This document shows positions 51,136 through 60,422 of a stretch of DNA of 64,000 bases, piece after piece. Origin of the DNA: Clostridia bacterium (GTDB lineage: Bacteria; Bacillota; Clostridia; Oscillospirales; CAG-272). The notes beneath the pieces were generated by a model. The model did no database searches and was not told the origin of the DNA. It saw only the letters and a list, made by a program, of their open reading frames with translations. The DNA lies in the NCBI GenBank assembly GCA_017456545.1, contig JAFTJE010000007.1:14118-78117 (forward strand). Reading direction: 5' to 3'. A program made the translations under genes and the position numbers. The stretch's first letter is position 1. Each line of letters begins with the position of its first letter.

Positions 51136-54100
51136 ATGGAAGAAAAAGCAACTACATTCATCAAATGCGAATGTGAAAACGGCGTATTTGTATGGAAGCA
51201 TCCGGCTGAAAGCTTCGATTCGTCTTGCGTTGTCGATGTTAAAAGTGACCAGGAGGCTGTATTTGCCGTTGGCAAGGAGATAGTAGATATTCTCCCCAGA
51301 GGCAGCTATCGCCTTACTCCTCAAGCAACACCCGGACTCACAAGGCGTTTTGGCCGAGTAGCAGGCATTAACGATCAGTTCCAGTGCCAGCTTTATTTTG
51401 TGAACAAGGCAACCCCCTCAGCAGCAGAGTGGGAGTTTGATGAGAAGATTCAGTATATGGATCCCAAGCTCTCAATCCCCGTGCTTCTCGGTGCTAAGGG
51501 TAGCGTAGCATTCAAGGTAGCCAACACCCCCAAGATTCTTATGGGTTCTATGGGAAATGACTGTATTGGAGATCAGGCTAAGCTTATGCAGATACTGACT
51601 GCATTTGCTTTGCCCAGAATCAAGGCGTATATCATGAGATATATTACCACAAACAAGACTCCCATTACAGAGCTCGAAAACAATATACAGACACTTACAC
51701 CCTTTGTATTCAATCTTTTGTACAATGACCTTATGGGTATCGGTGTTCAGCTGTTCGGCTTCCGTATAGCTTCATTTGACAAGCAGAGAGCAGGTGCATT
51801 CCCCCAGCAGGCTCCTCAGCAGGCACAGTCAGCTCAGCCCCAGGCAAGACCTGTAGCTCCCCAGCCTCAGCAGGCTCCTCAGCAGGCTCCTCAGCAGGCT
51901 GCTCCCTCTCCCGAGCAGATAGCAGAGGGCTTTTATATGAAGGCTATGGCTCTCGCTTCGCAGAACAAGTTTGACGAGGCGATAGAAATCCTTTCCAAGA
52001 TTCCCAAGTTCAAGGACAGCGAGGAAAAGATTGAGCTTATTAAGCAAAAGAAGGAGGATATGCAGAAGGAGATTACCTATACTCAGGCTATCCAGCATAT
52101 GAAGGCTAACTCCAACAATATCCCCGCACTCAAGAAAATAATCGAGATAATCACTCCCATTGCCGACTATAAGGATACAAAGAAGCTTATCTCCACCATC
52201 GAGGCCCGTTGCGAGGAGCTTAAGGTACTCGAGGAAAAGAAAAAGGCGGAGGCTGAGAAGCTTGCTGCCGAGAAGAAGGTAAAGCAGGAAAAGAGAAAGC
52301 GTGCTATGAAGCGTTTTTGCAAGATCGGTATTCCGATAATTGCTTTCGTTGTAGCAGCTGTTCTTACTACATTACTCTTCATTGTACCTACAGTTCAGAT
52401 CGGTAATGCAGACGATCTTCTTTTGCAGGGTAAGTACGACGAGGCTCTTAAAATATATAAGGACCTTGACGGCTTCTCCAACAGCGACCAGAGAATTTCT
52501 GTAGCTAAGGGTGCCAAGCAGATTGAAAACGGTAACTTCAAGGGTGGTATCAACGCTATCCTTTCAGCAGGCGTTCCCGTAACTCTTACATACAATATGG
52601 GTGGAGGCGACTTCTCCGGTAATGCTTACCTCAGTGCTAACGGCGGCTCCGTAGCTTCTACTCCCTCTCTCCTCTCCTCAACAGGAAATACTGTTGTGGT
52701 TCCTCTTGCAGATGCTCCCGCTACTGTAGTTGAAAGCTATGCGGCAGGCAGCTCCGTGAAGGATATTAAGACTCCCGGCAGACAGGGCTATACATTCGTT
52801 AAATGGAAGCTCGCATCCCAGTCCTTTACAATTGAGGGTGGCGAAAAGTACGCGGTAGTTCTCACAGCAGAATGGTCCTGCAACGATTACAGCATTTCCT
52901 ATACCCTCGACGGTGGAAAAATGAACGGTGCTGTATTTGCATATACAGCTGAAAGCGATGACATTGTTCTTCCCATTCCCACCAAAACAGGTTACACATT
53001 CCTTGGCTGGACAGGAACAGACCTTTCCACTCCTACAAAGAATGTTACAATTCCCACAGGCAGTGCAGGAAACAGATCCTACAAGGCTAACTGGAAGGTT
53101 AACGACTATACTATCACCTTCGATACTGAGGGTGGTACTCTCGCAAACGGAAATGAGCTTGGCGTTTTCTACGGCTCAACTTATATTCTTCCCACACCTG
53201 TAAAGGCAGGTCACACCTTCATTGGCTGGTTTGACAGCAATAATATGAAGTATATGAACGGCGTATGGTCAAGAACAGAGGATGTTACCCTTATCGCTAA
53301 GTGGGAGGTAAACACATACAGTATCTATTTCGCAGATACATATGTAGACAATACCTATTTACCCGGAAGCACATCTGCAAAGATAGATGTTGTGTACGGT
53401 AACACATACACCCTTATTACCAATGTAATAAGACCCGGTTACACATTTGCCGGCTGGTATGCAGATTCATCCCTTACAACTCCCTTCGTACCCGGTGAAT
53501 ACCTTACAGACGGCGATACAACACTGTATCCTAAGTTTACAGCCAACTCCTACACTGTAACTCTCGATCCCCAGGGTGGAGAATTTACAGAAGATACAGA
53601 GGTTACTGTAACCTTTGATGCATCCTATGACCTCGGTGAGCCCACAATGACCGGCTACGACTTCCTTGGCTGGTACTATATGAACGGCTCCGAGGAAACA
53701 TTTGTCGCTTCAAGCGGAACATGGGGAATAAGCAAGAATGTAGAGCTTTATGCTAAATGGGGTATATCAGAGTATGTACTCACACTCGAAAACATTGAGC
53801 ATATCAGCGGTGAGGATTATATCCACTCCACAACCTCCAACATCCAGGTGGATGTAATATTCTTCGAGGACTTTACTCTCCCCACACCCACAAGAACAGG
53901 TCACACCTTTGGTGGCTGGGTTGACAGTGAGGGTACTCCCTACGAAAGCGGAGAATGGCTCTATGCTTATAACCTTACTCTCTTCCCCGTATGGAATCCT
54001 ATTACATACACAGTAACACTCGAGCCCAATGAGGGAACAGTTGATCCCACAGCTATGGAGATTCCCTATGATGCCGAGTACCTGCTCCCCACACCTTACC

Positions 54101-57100
54101 GTCAGGGCTATGAGTTCCTCGGTTGGTACGACGAAAACGGCGATTTGGTTGATACAGAGGGTACATGGGCTATCGCAGAGGATTGCACTCTTACAGCAGA
54201 GTGGGAGGTAGGTGTTTACACAGGTATCCTTGACGATACAAACGGCGGATGCCATATAACCTACAATTACAATTACACAGGCTGTCCCGAGCCCGATGTT
54301 GTTTTCGTGGCTAACGGCGGAACACTTGCATATCCCGAGGTGCCTACAAGAGAAAATTATGTATTTGCAGGCTGGTACACAGATGCAGCTTGCACAAGTG
54401 AATATACATTCTCCGGAGATATTACATCAAACATTACACTTTATGCAAGATGGGTAAGCTATACCGTAACCTCCAACAGATGGACCGAGTACGACGGTAT
54501 ACTCTACTCTACAAACAAGGACCACAGCTCCAGCTCTGCATACCAGATAACAGCTGAAACCGATATGATAGTTTACTTCGATTACAAGGTATCCTCCGAG
54601 TCCGGTTGGGATAAGCTTTTCATCAGAAGAAACGGCTATAACCTGGTAGAAACCTCCGGTAACGGCTCTTATATCTCATACTCAGTATCACTTACAGCGG
54701 GCGATGTCCTCTCCTTTAACTATACAAAGGACGGAAGTGCAAGCAGCTATGATGACTGTGCATATATCAGAAATCTCAGATTCCACCGTTCTTATGTAAG
54801 CTCTGCTACCGTAACAAATGCAGGCTACACATACGACGACAATTCAACCTTCGAGTTCAATAATTACTACGGCTACGACTATGAGCTTCCCACACCTGTA
54901 CGCCCCGGCTACACATTCCTCGGCTGGACAGTTAACGGTGAGCCTGTAGAGAGCACAGGTACATGGACATACGAAACCGATGTAACCTTCGTTCCCACTT
55001 GGGAAATCACAACATACACCCTTACAATCGTTTATGCAGACGGCGTAACAGAGAATGAAACCATTACTCTCCACTACGGTGACGAGTTTACCCTTGATGA
55101 GCTTACAAGAGTAGGCTACGAATTCCTTGGCTGGTTCGACGAGGGCGGCACAGAGTACACAAGCGGTACATGGACAACAGAAAGCGATGTTACAGTTACT
55201 GCAAGCTGGGAGGCACACGAGCATACAATCACATTTGAGGATTCCGTTTATGTTCCCGGCTCACTCACAGTTACATACAATTTCAACGGTGGTAGCGGAA
55301 GCACATCCTCTGTAACTCTTAACGAGGGTGATACACTTTCATATCCCACAAAGCCCTGGAAGTCCGGTTATGTATTCCTTGGCTGGTTCACAGATTCTGC
55401 TTGCTCAACTCCCTTCAACTTCGATAAGGAATTGACAGAGGATACAACCCTCTACGCAGGCTGGCTTGACCTTAGCACAACATACGGCACAAGCTTCTCT
55501 AACCCCGACCCCACCGAGTATGCATCAGGCGTATATCTCACAGTTACCCCTGCTACAGCAACAAAATACATTATTGTAAGAGCTACAGAATCAGGAAGCC
55601 ACACTGTAAAGTGCTATTCAAGCTCCACCTACAACAGTGGCAGATTCTATGTAAGTGTTTACAATTACACCACAAGCACATCTATTTATTCCAGCTCTCT
55701 TGTAGATGAATATACAAGAACTATCAACTTCGACTGTGCCGAGGGCGATATTATCGTTATCAGCTACAGCCGTTACTCAGATAGCATCAGTGCTTACTTC
55801 TGGTTCTCAGGCTTTGAAAGCGTAACAAGCACAGCTACTGCTGCTCCTACTCCTTCTGTTAACTACGGCAGCGATTCCTCCTATGCAAAGGATGTTGAAT
55901 TCGGCGAGATTGTTACACTTCCCGTTCCTTACCGTCAGGGCTATACATTCCTCGGCTGGTACAACGGTGAGGACCTTGTAGAAAGCGGTGCATGGAGCAT
56001 TGACAGCGATGTCACACTTGTTCCTATGTGGGAGGTAACAGACTATGTTATCACTCTTGATCCCGCAGGAGGAACAGTAAGCCCTGAATCCATCACTCTT
56101 AACTACGGTGATTCCTACGAGCTTACAGACCCCGTAAGAACAGGCTATGACTTTGTAGGCTGGTTCGCAGAGGACGGTACACAGTACACATCCGGCACAT
56201 GGACACTTGAAAGCGACCTTACACTTACTGCCCGTTGGACTGCTCACACCCACTCCGTTACATTTGAAGATGTTTCCGGTGTTAAGGACAGTATAAGAGT
56301 AATGTACGACTATAACTATGCAGGAAGCATTCCTTCTATAGTTACAGTTGCAGACGGTGCTATTCTTTCATATCCCACAATGCCTACAAGATCCGGCTAT
56401 GTATTCACAGGCTGGTACAGAGATGCAGCTTGCACTGTTCCCTATGACTTTACAGGTGATATTAGAGCCAACATGACACTCTATGCAGGCTGGTATGCAA
56501 CATCATCCTTTAATGCAAGTGCTTACTACTACGGTCAGGTTGATCCTACTCAGTATACAACATCTGCATTCGCATGCAGCACATCAAGCACAAGCAGCTC
56601 CTATCCCTACCAGTTCTCTATTGTAGCTATGGAATCCGGAGAGCATACTATCTCCTACTATAACTACTACTCATCAACCAGCTACGGCTACTATCTTACA
56701 ATTACTAACCTCACCTCCGAGGAAACACTCCTGGAGAGCACAAGAATAACATCAACATCTGCTATTGACCTTGATTTTGAATGCGAGGCAGGAGATCTCA
56801 TTCTTGTATCCTTCTACAGAGCAAGCACAAGCTACACATCAACAGCTTACTTCCTCTTCGACGGCTTTGAGGCTGTAACAAGCACAGCAACAGCTGCTTC
56901 CGATTATTCATGCGTACAGCATAATGAAAGCTCATCCATTTCTACAACAGTATCCTTCGGTGATAATGTAGTTCTTCCTACTCCCAACCGTTACGGCTAC
57001 ACCTTCCTTGGCTGGTACAACGGTGAGGACCTTGTAGAAAGCGGTGCATGGAGCATCGACAGCGATGTTACACTTACTCCTATGTGGGAGGAATCCGAGT

Positions 57101-60100
57101 ATACCATTACTCTTGATGCTAACGGTGGAGTGTCCTCCGAGACATCCATCACAGTATCCATGTCAGATACAGTTACTCTTCCCACACCTACATGGGAGGG
57201 ACACACCTTCCTTGGCTGGTATAACGGCCGTACTCTCTATACAGGCGGCACATGGACCAACGACACAGATATAACTCTTGTTGCTAAGTGGTCCACCACA
57301 CAGCATACCGTTACATTTGATGATATCGCAGCAGATTCTGCTACTGTTACAATTGTATACGATCGCAATTATCCGGGCTGTCTCAAAGACGAGGTAAATT
57401 ATACAAACGGTCAGGATATTGCATATCCCTCTGCTCCTGTAAGACCCGGCTACACATTTACAGGCTGGTACACAGATGCAGATTGCACAGAGTTCTTTGA
57501 CTTCTCCGAGAATGTAACAGAGGATATTACTCTCTATGCAGGCTGGATTGTAGCTTCCTCTGCTCAGTTCATTGACCCTACGGAATATTCATACGGAACA
57601 CCTTACCAGAGATCTACAAGCGGTACTAACCAGCTTAGCCCCTATAAGTTCTACATTTTGGCTAATGAAGAAGGTACTCACGCTATTTACTACTCCAACT
57701 CTACATCAGCGGAGAGCAGCAAGTACTATCTCACAGTACGAAATGCTACAACAGGTGAGCTTATCATGGCTGAAACAGCTGTTAACCATGAGGTGTCTTC
57801 TTGGCTCTATTTCAACTGTGATGCAGGTACAGTTATCGAAATATCCTTCTACAGATATTCATCCAACTCCACAGCATCCTTCTACTTTACTGGCTTTACA
57901 GCCATGACAAGTATTGCTAAGGCAGAGATTTATACCTCCGACCTTGCACACGATACAGAGTCCACCTTCAGCGAAACTGTAAACTACGGTGAGGAATTTA
58001 CTCTTCCCACACCTGTACGCCCCGGCTACACCTTTACAGGCTGGTACAACGGTGAGACACTTATCGAGACAGAGACAATCACTGTCACAGGTGACATTAC
58101 TCTTACTCCCTCCTGGTCTGTAAACTCCTATGAGCTCACATTCGATACAGACTGTGATACAGTAAACCCCGAGGATATGACAGTAACCTACGATGCTCCC
58201 TTTACTCTCCCCGTAGTAACACGCACAGGCTATACATTTGCCGGCTGGTACAACGGTGAGACACTCATTGAGGATGGAACATGGAGCTATACAGAGGATA
58301 TGGAGCTTGTAGCTCATTGGACAGCCAATACCTACAATATCATATATAAGGATTTCCAGCCCGCTGTAACAATTACCTACGATTTCAACTACGAGGGCTC
58401 CACACCCTCATCGGTAGTTGTTAATGCCGGTGATACTCTCACATATCCCACAGTTCCCACAAGAACAAATTATGTATTTACAGGCTGGTACACAGATGCT
58501 GAGTGCACAAACGAGTACACATTCAGTAGTGAAATCACTGCTGATATGACCCTTTACGCAGGATGGGGATCTTATTCCGTATCCTACAATAAGTGGGCAA
58601 CATCCGACGGTCTCATTTATTCCACTAACCAATCAAGCTCCTCCACCTCTTACTATCTGATAACAGCAGGAAGCACCTTGAGAATAACCTTCAGTTACAG
58701 AGTATCCTCCGAGAGTGGTTATGATAAGCTGTCTATTCAGAAAAACGGCTCTAATTTAATTAGTCCAATTTCCGGAGAAACCAGCTATGTATCATACACT
58801 GTAATACTTAATGAGGGTGATACACTCAGATTCGGTTATGCAAAGGACGGCAGTGCAAACCGTGGTGATGACCGTGCATATATAAAGGATATCACCTTCC
58901 ACCAGACATATGAAAGCACAGCAACAGTGTCTGAAACCGCTACTGCTAATCAGGGTGTCTGCATAGGTGAAGCAACTTATAATGCAACCATCTCCTACGA
59001 CAGCCAGCTCAACCTGCCCACTATTACCCGACCCGGCTATACATTTACAGGCTGGTATATCAGTAACGATATTAACAGACCTATGGAGGACGGTATTACT
59101 TGGAATTACACTGAGGATATTACACTCTTCCCCATGTGGACTCCCAACATCTATAATGTAACATTTGATTATACAGACGGAGACGGTGCATCCCCCGAGG
59201 ATGCTACCGTATCCTTCGGTGCTCCCTTCGATTTTGTTGAAGTAACACGCACAGGCTACACCTTCGGTGGCTGGTCCTACAACGGAACAGTTCTCCATGA
59301 CGGTGATGAGTGGAATATCCCCTCCGATGTTACACTTACTCCCGTTTGGATTCCCAATACCTACAATGTAACCTTCAACGATACAACTCCCACAAGAGGA
59401 ACAGCTACCGTTATCTATGTGGATAACAACGGTTCAAGCAATACATCATATACTTACAATAACGGTGATGCATTCCCCGCTGACCGTGTTCCCACAAAGG
59501 CAGGCTACATTTTCAAGGGCTGGTGCATTGACGAGGAATGTACAATTCTCTTTGACAATACACAGCCTATTGACGGAGATACTATTCTCTACGCTAAATG
59601 GGAGGCATTCGCACCCTCTGATGCATATCAGACAATAGAGACCAATGCTCCCACCTACACCTCATCTAATACACTGACAATTTCAACTCACGGAACAAAC
59701 AGCACAAGAAAGCAGTACCGTGTAATTACAGCAAATGAGGCAGGCGAGCACAAAATCTACTTTACAGCAGGTAATGCAACCGGGTTGGAGCTCTTTAATC
59801 TCAGCATTGTAAACAATACAACAGGTGATGTTATAAGAGCAGATGCAGAGGTTCCCGCAGCTACAGTTGAGACTCCCTTTGAATCCGTAACCTTTAACTG
59901 CAATGCAGGTGATACCATTATCCTCTGCTTCTACAGCATTTACGACGGATATTCAACCAATGCACAGTTCTACTTCGAGGGCTTTGAAGCTCGTCCTGAG
60001 TCCACCTCCACAGTGCTTGGTAATGTTACAGGCTTTAACTTCTCCGTAGAGACCTTTACAATGGCTGTAGAGTACGATAGCACAATCGATATCCCCACAC

Positions 60101-60216
60101 CCGTTCGTGATGGCTACACCTTTGATGGCTGGTACATCGGTACAGAGCCCTTTACCTCTGAGACATGGACAATAACAGAGGATATCACTCTTACTCCCTA
60201 CTGGTCAGCTAACTGA
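51136..60216 (+). CDS. Giant (3026 aa) single-pass membrane protein: SPFH/Band-7-like head, Q/P linker, helical region, TM helix, 24 Listeria-Bacteroides (Flg_new-type) repeats plus 6 unassigned modules
   Basis: The ATG at 51136 has a GGAGGA RBS 5 nt upstream. There is no N-terminal signal peptide. A basic cluster KRKRAMKRFCK precedes the TM helix IGIPIIAFVVAAVLTTLLFIV (nt 52315-52386). The motif G[YH]xFxGW...TL[YT]A.W recurs 24 times. There is no LPXTG motif or C-terminal anchor. Confidence 0.85.
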   Translation: MEEKATTFIKCECENGVFVWKHPAESFDSSCVVDVKSDQEAVFAVGKEIVDILPRGSYRLTPQATPGLTRRFGRVAGINDQFQCQLYFVNKATPSAAEWEFDEKIQYMDPKLSIPVLLGAKGSVAFKVANTPKILMGSMGNDCIGDQAKLMQILTAFALPRIKAYIMRYITTNKTPITELENNIQTLTPFVFNLLYNDLMGIGVQLFGFRIASFDKQRAGAFPQQAPQQAQSAQPQARPVAPQPQQAPQQAPQQAAPSPEQIAEGFYMKAMALASQNKFDEAIEILSKIPKFKDSEEKIELIKQKKEDMQKEITYTQAIQHMKANSNNIPALKKIIEIITPIADYKDTKKLISTIEARCEELKVLEEKKKAEAEKLAAEKKVKQEKRKRAMKRFCKIGIPIIAFVVAAVLTTLLFIVPTVQIGNADDLLLQGKYDEALKIYKDLDGFSNSDQRISVAKGAKQIENGNFKGGINAILSAGVPVTLTYNMGGGDFSGNAYLSANGGSVASTPSLLSSTGNTVVVPLADAPATVVESYAAGSSVKDIKTPGRQGYTFVKWKLASQSFTIEGGEKYAVVLTAEWSCNDYSISYTLDGGKMNGAVFAYTAESDDIVLPIPTKTGYTFLGWTGTDLSTPTKNVTIPTGSAGNRSYKANWKVNDYTITFDTEGGTLANGNELGVFYGSTYILPTPVKAGHTFIGWFDSNNMKYMNGVWSRTEDVTLIAKWEVNTYSIYFADTYVDNTYLPGSTSAKIDVVYGNTYTLITNVIRPGYTFAGWYADSSLTTPFVPGEYLTDGDTTLYPKFTANSYTVTLDPQGGEFTEDTEVTVTFDASYDLGEPTMTGYDFLGWYYMNGSEETFVASSGTWGISKNVELYAKWGISEYVLTLENIEHISGEDYIHSTTSNIQVDVIFFEDFTLPTPTRTGHTFGGWVDSEGTPYESGEWLYAYNLTLFPVWNPITYTVTLEPNEGTVDPTAMEIPYDAEYLLPTPYRQGYEFLGWYDENGDLVDTEGTWAIAEDCTLTAEWEVGVYTGILDDTNGGCHITYNYNYTGCPEPDVVFVANGGTLAYPEVPTRENYVFAGWYTDAACTSEYTFSGDITSNITLYARWVSYTVTSNRWTEYDGILYSTNKDHSSSSAYQITAETDMIVYFDYKVSSESGWDKLFIRRNGYNLVETSGNGSYISYSVSLTAGDVLSFNYTKDGSASSYDDCAYIRNLRFHRSYVSSATVTNAGYTYDDNSTFEFNNYYGYDYELPTPVRPGYTFLGWTVNGEPVESTGTWTYETDVTFVPTWEITTYTLTIVYADGVTENETITLHYGDEFTLDELTRVGYEFLGWFDEGGTEYTSGTWTTESDVTVTASWEAHEHTITFEDSVYVPGSLTVTYNFNGGSGSTSSVTLNEGDTLSYPTKPWKSGYVFLGWFTDSACSTPFNFDKELTEDTTLYAGWLDLSTTYGTSFSNPDPTEYASGVYLTVTPATATKYIIVRATESGSHTVKCYSSSTYNSGRFYVSVYNYTTSTSIYSSSLVDEYTRTINFDCAEGDIIVISYSRYSDSISAYFWFSGFESVTSTATAAPTPSVNYGSDSSYAKDVEFGEIVTLPVPYRQGYTFLGWYNGEDLVESGAWSIDSDVTLVPMWEVTDYVITLDPAGGTVSPESITLNYGDSYELTDPVRTGYDFVGWFAEDGTQYTSGTWTLESDLTLTARWTAHTHSVTFEDVSGVKDSIRVMYDYNYAGSIPSIVTVADGAILSYPTMPTRSGYVFTGWYRDAACTVPYDFTGDIRANMTLYAGWYATSSFNASAYYYGQVDPTQYTTSAFACSTSSTSSSYPYQFSIVAMESGEHTISYYNYYSSTSYGYYLTITNLTSEETLLESTRITSTSAIDLDFECEAGDLILVSFYRASTSYTSTAYFLFDGFEAVTSTATAASDYSCVQHNESSSISTTVSFGDNVVLPTPNRYGYTFLGWYNGEDLVESGAWSIDSDVTLTPMWEESEYTITLDANGGVSSETSITVSMSDTVTLPTPTWEGHTFLGWYNGRTLYTGGTWTNDTDITLVAKWSTTQHTVTFDDIAADSATVTIVYDRNYPGCLKDEVNYTNGQDIAYPSAPVRPGYTFTGWYTDADCTEFFDFSENVTEDITLYAGWIVASSAQFIDPTEYSYGTPYQRSTSGTNQLSPYKFYILANEEGTHAIYYSNSTSAESSKYYLTVRNATTGELIMAETAVNHEVSSWLYFNCDAGTVIEISFYRYSSNSTASFYFTGFTAMTSIAKAEIYTSDLAHDTESTFSETVNYGEEFTLPTPVRPGYTFTGWYNGETLIETETITVTGDITLTPSWSVNSYELTFDTDCDTVNPEDMTVTYDAPFTLPVVTRTGYTFAGWYNGETLIEDGTWSYTEDMELVAHWTANTYNIIYKDFQPAVTITYDFNYEGSTPSSVVVNAGDTLTYPTVPTRTNYVFTGWYTDAECTNEYTFSSEITADMTLYAGWGSYSVSYNKWATSDGLIYSTNQSSSSTSYYLITAGSTLRITFSYRVSSESGYDKLSIQKNGSNLISPISGETSYVSYTVILNEGDTLRFGYAKDGSANRGDDRAYIKDITFHQTYESTATVSETATANQGVCIGEATYNATISYDSQLNLPTITRPGYTFTGWYISNDINRPMEDGITWNYTEDITLFPMWTPNIYNVTFDYTDGDGASPEDATVSFGAPFDFVEVTRTGYTFGGWSYNGTVLHDGDEWNIPSDVTLTPVWIPNTYNVTFNDTTPTRGTATVIYVDNNGSSNTSYTYNNGDAFPADRVPTKAGYIFKGWCIDEECTILFDNTQPIDGDTILYAKWEAFAPSDAYQTIETNAPTYTSSNTLTISTHGTNSTRKQYRVITANEAGEHKIYFTAGNATGLELFNLSIVNNTTGDVIRADAEVPAATVETPFESVTFNCNAGDTIILCFYSIYDGYSTNAQFYFEGFEARPESTSTVLGNVTGFNFSVETFTMAVEYDSTIDIPTPVRDGYTFDGWYIGTEPFTSETWTITEDITLTPYWSAN
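51796..51915 (+). repeat. Low-complexity Gln/Pro/Ala linker with CAGCAGGCTCCTCAG DNA repeats
   Basis: Encodes AFPQQAPQQAQSAQPQARPVAPQPQQAPQQAPQQAAPSPE. Confidence 0.8.
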
Positions 60217-60243
60217 TAAAGATAGCCAAAAATCCAAATAAAA

Positions 60244-60290
60244 AGAGAGAACTTTTCGGATTTTTCCGATTTGTTCTCTCTTTCTGCTTT
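60244..60290 (+). terminator. Terminator hairpin after the giant gene
   Basis: Outer stem AGAGAGAAC pairs with GTTCTCTCT, enclosing the inner stem TCGGA/TCCGA, followed by a T-rich tail. Confidence 0.65.
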
Positions 60291-60422
60291 ATAAGAACAT
60301 CACCCTTAGTGTCTGCTCTTTTTTGATAAATAAGCATCCACCCGCCTATCGGGTGGTATTATACCCAGAAACCAATAAGCATCCCCCGTGAAAATGGGGG
60401 ATGCTTACTACTTATTTAATTA

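Noticed and set aside
60328-60408. Two hairpins share an AATAAGCATCC 5' arm, downstream of uxaC and of the giant gene.
   Set aside because: They are most simply convergent-gene terminator hairpins. The U-tracts are weak, the shared 11-mer is short, and there is no further evidence for a repeat element.
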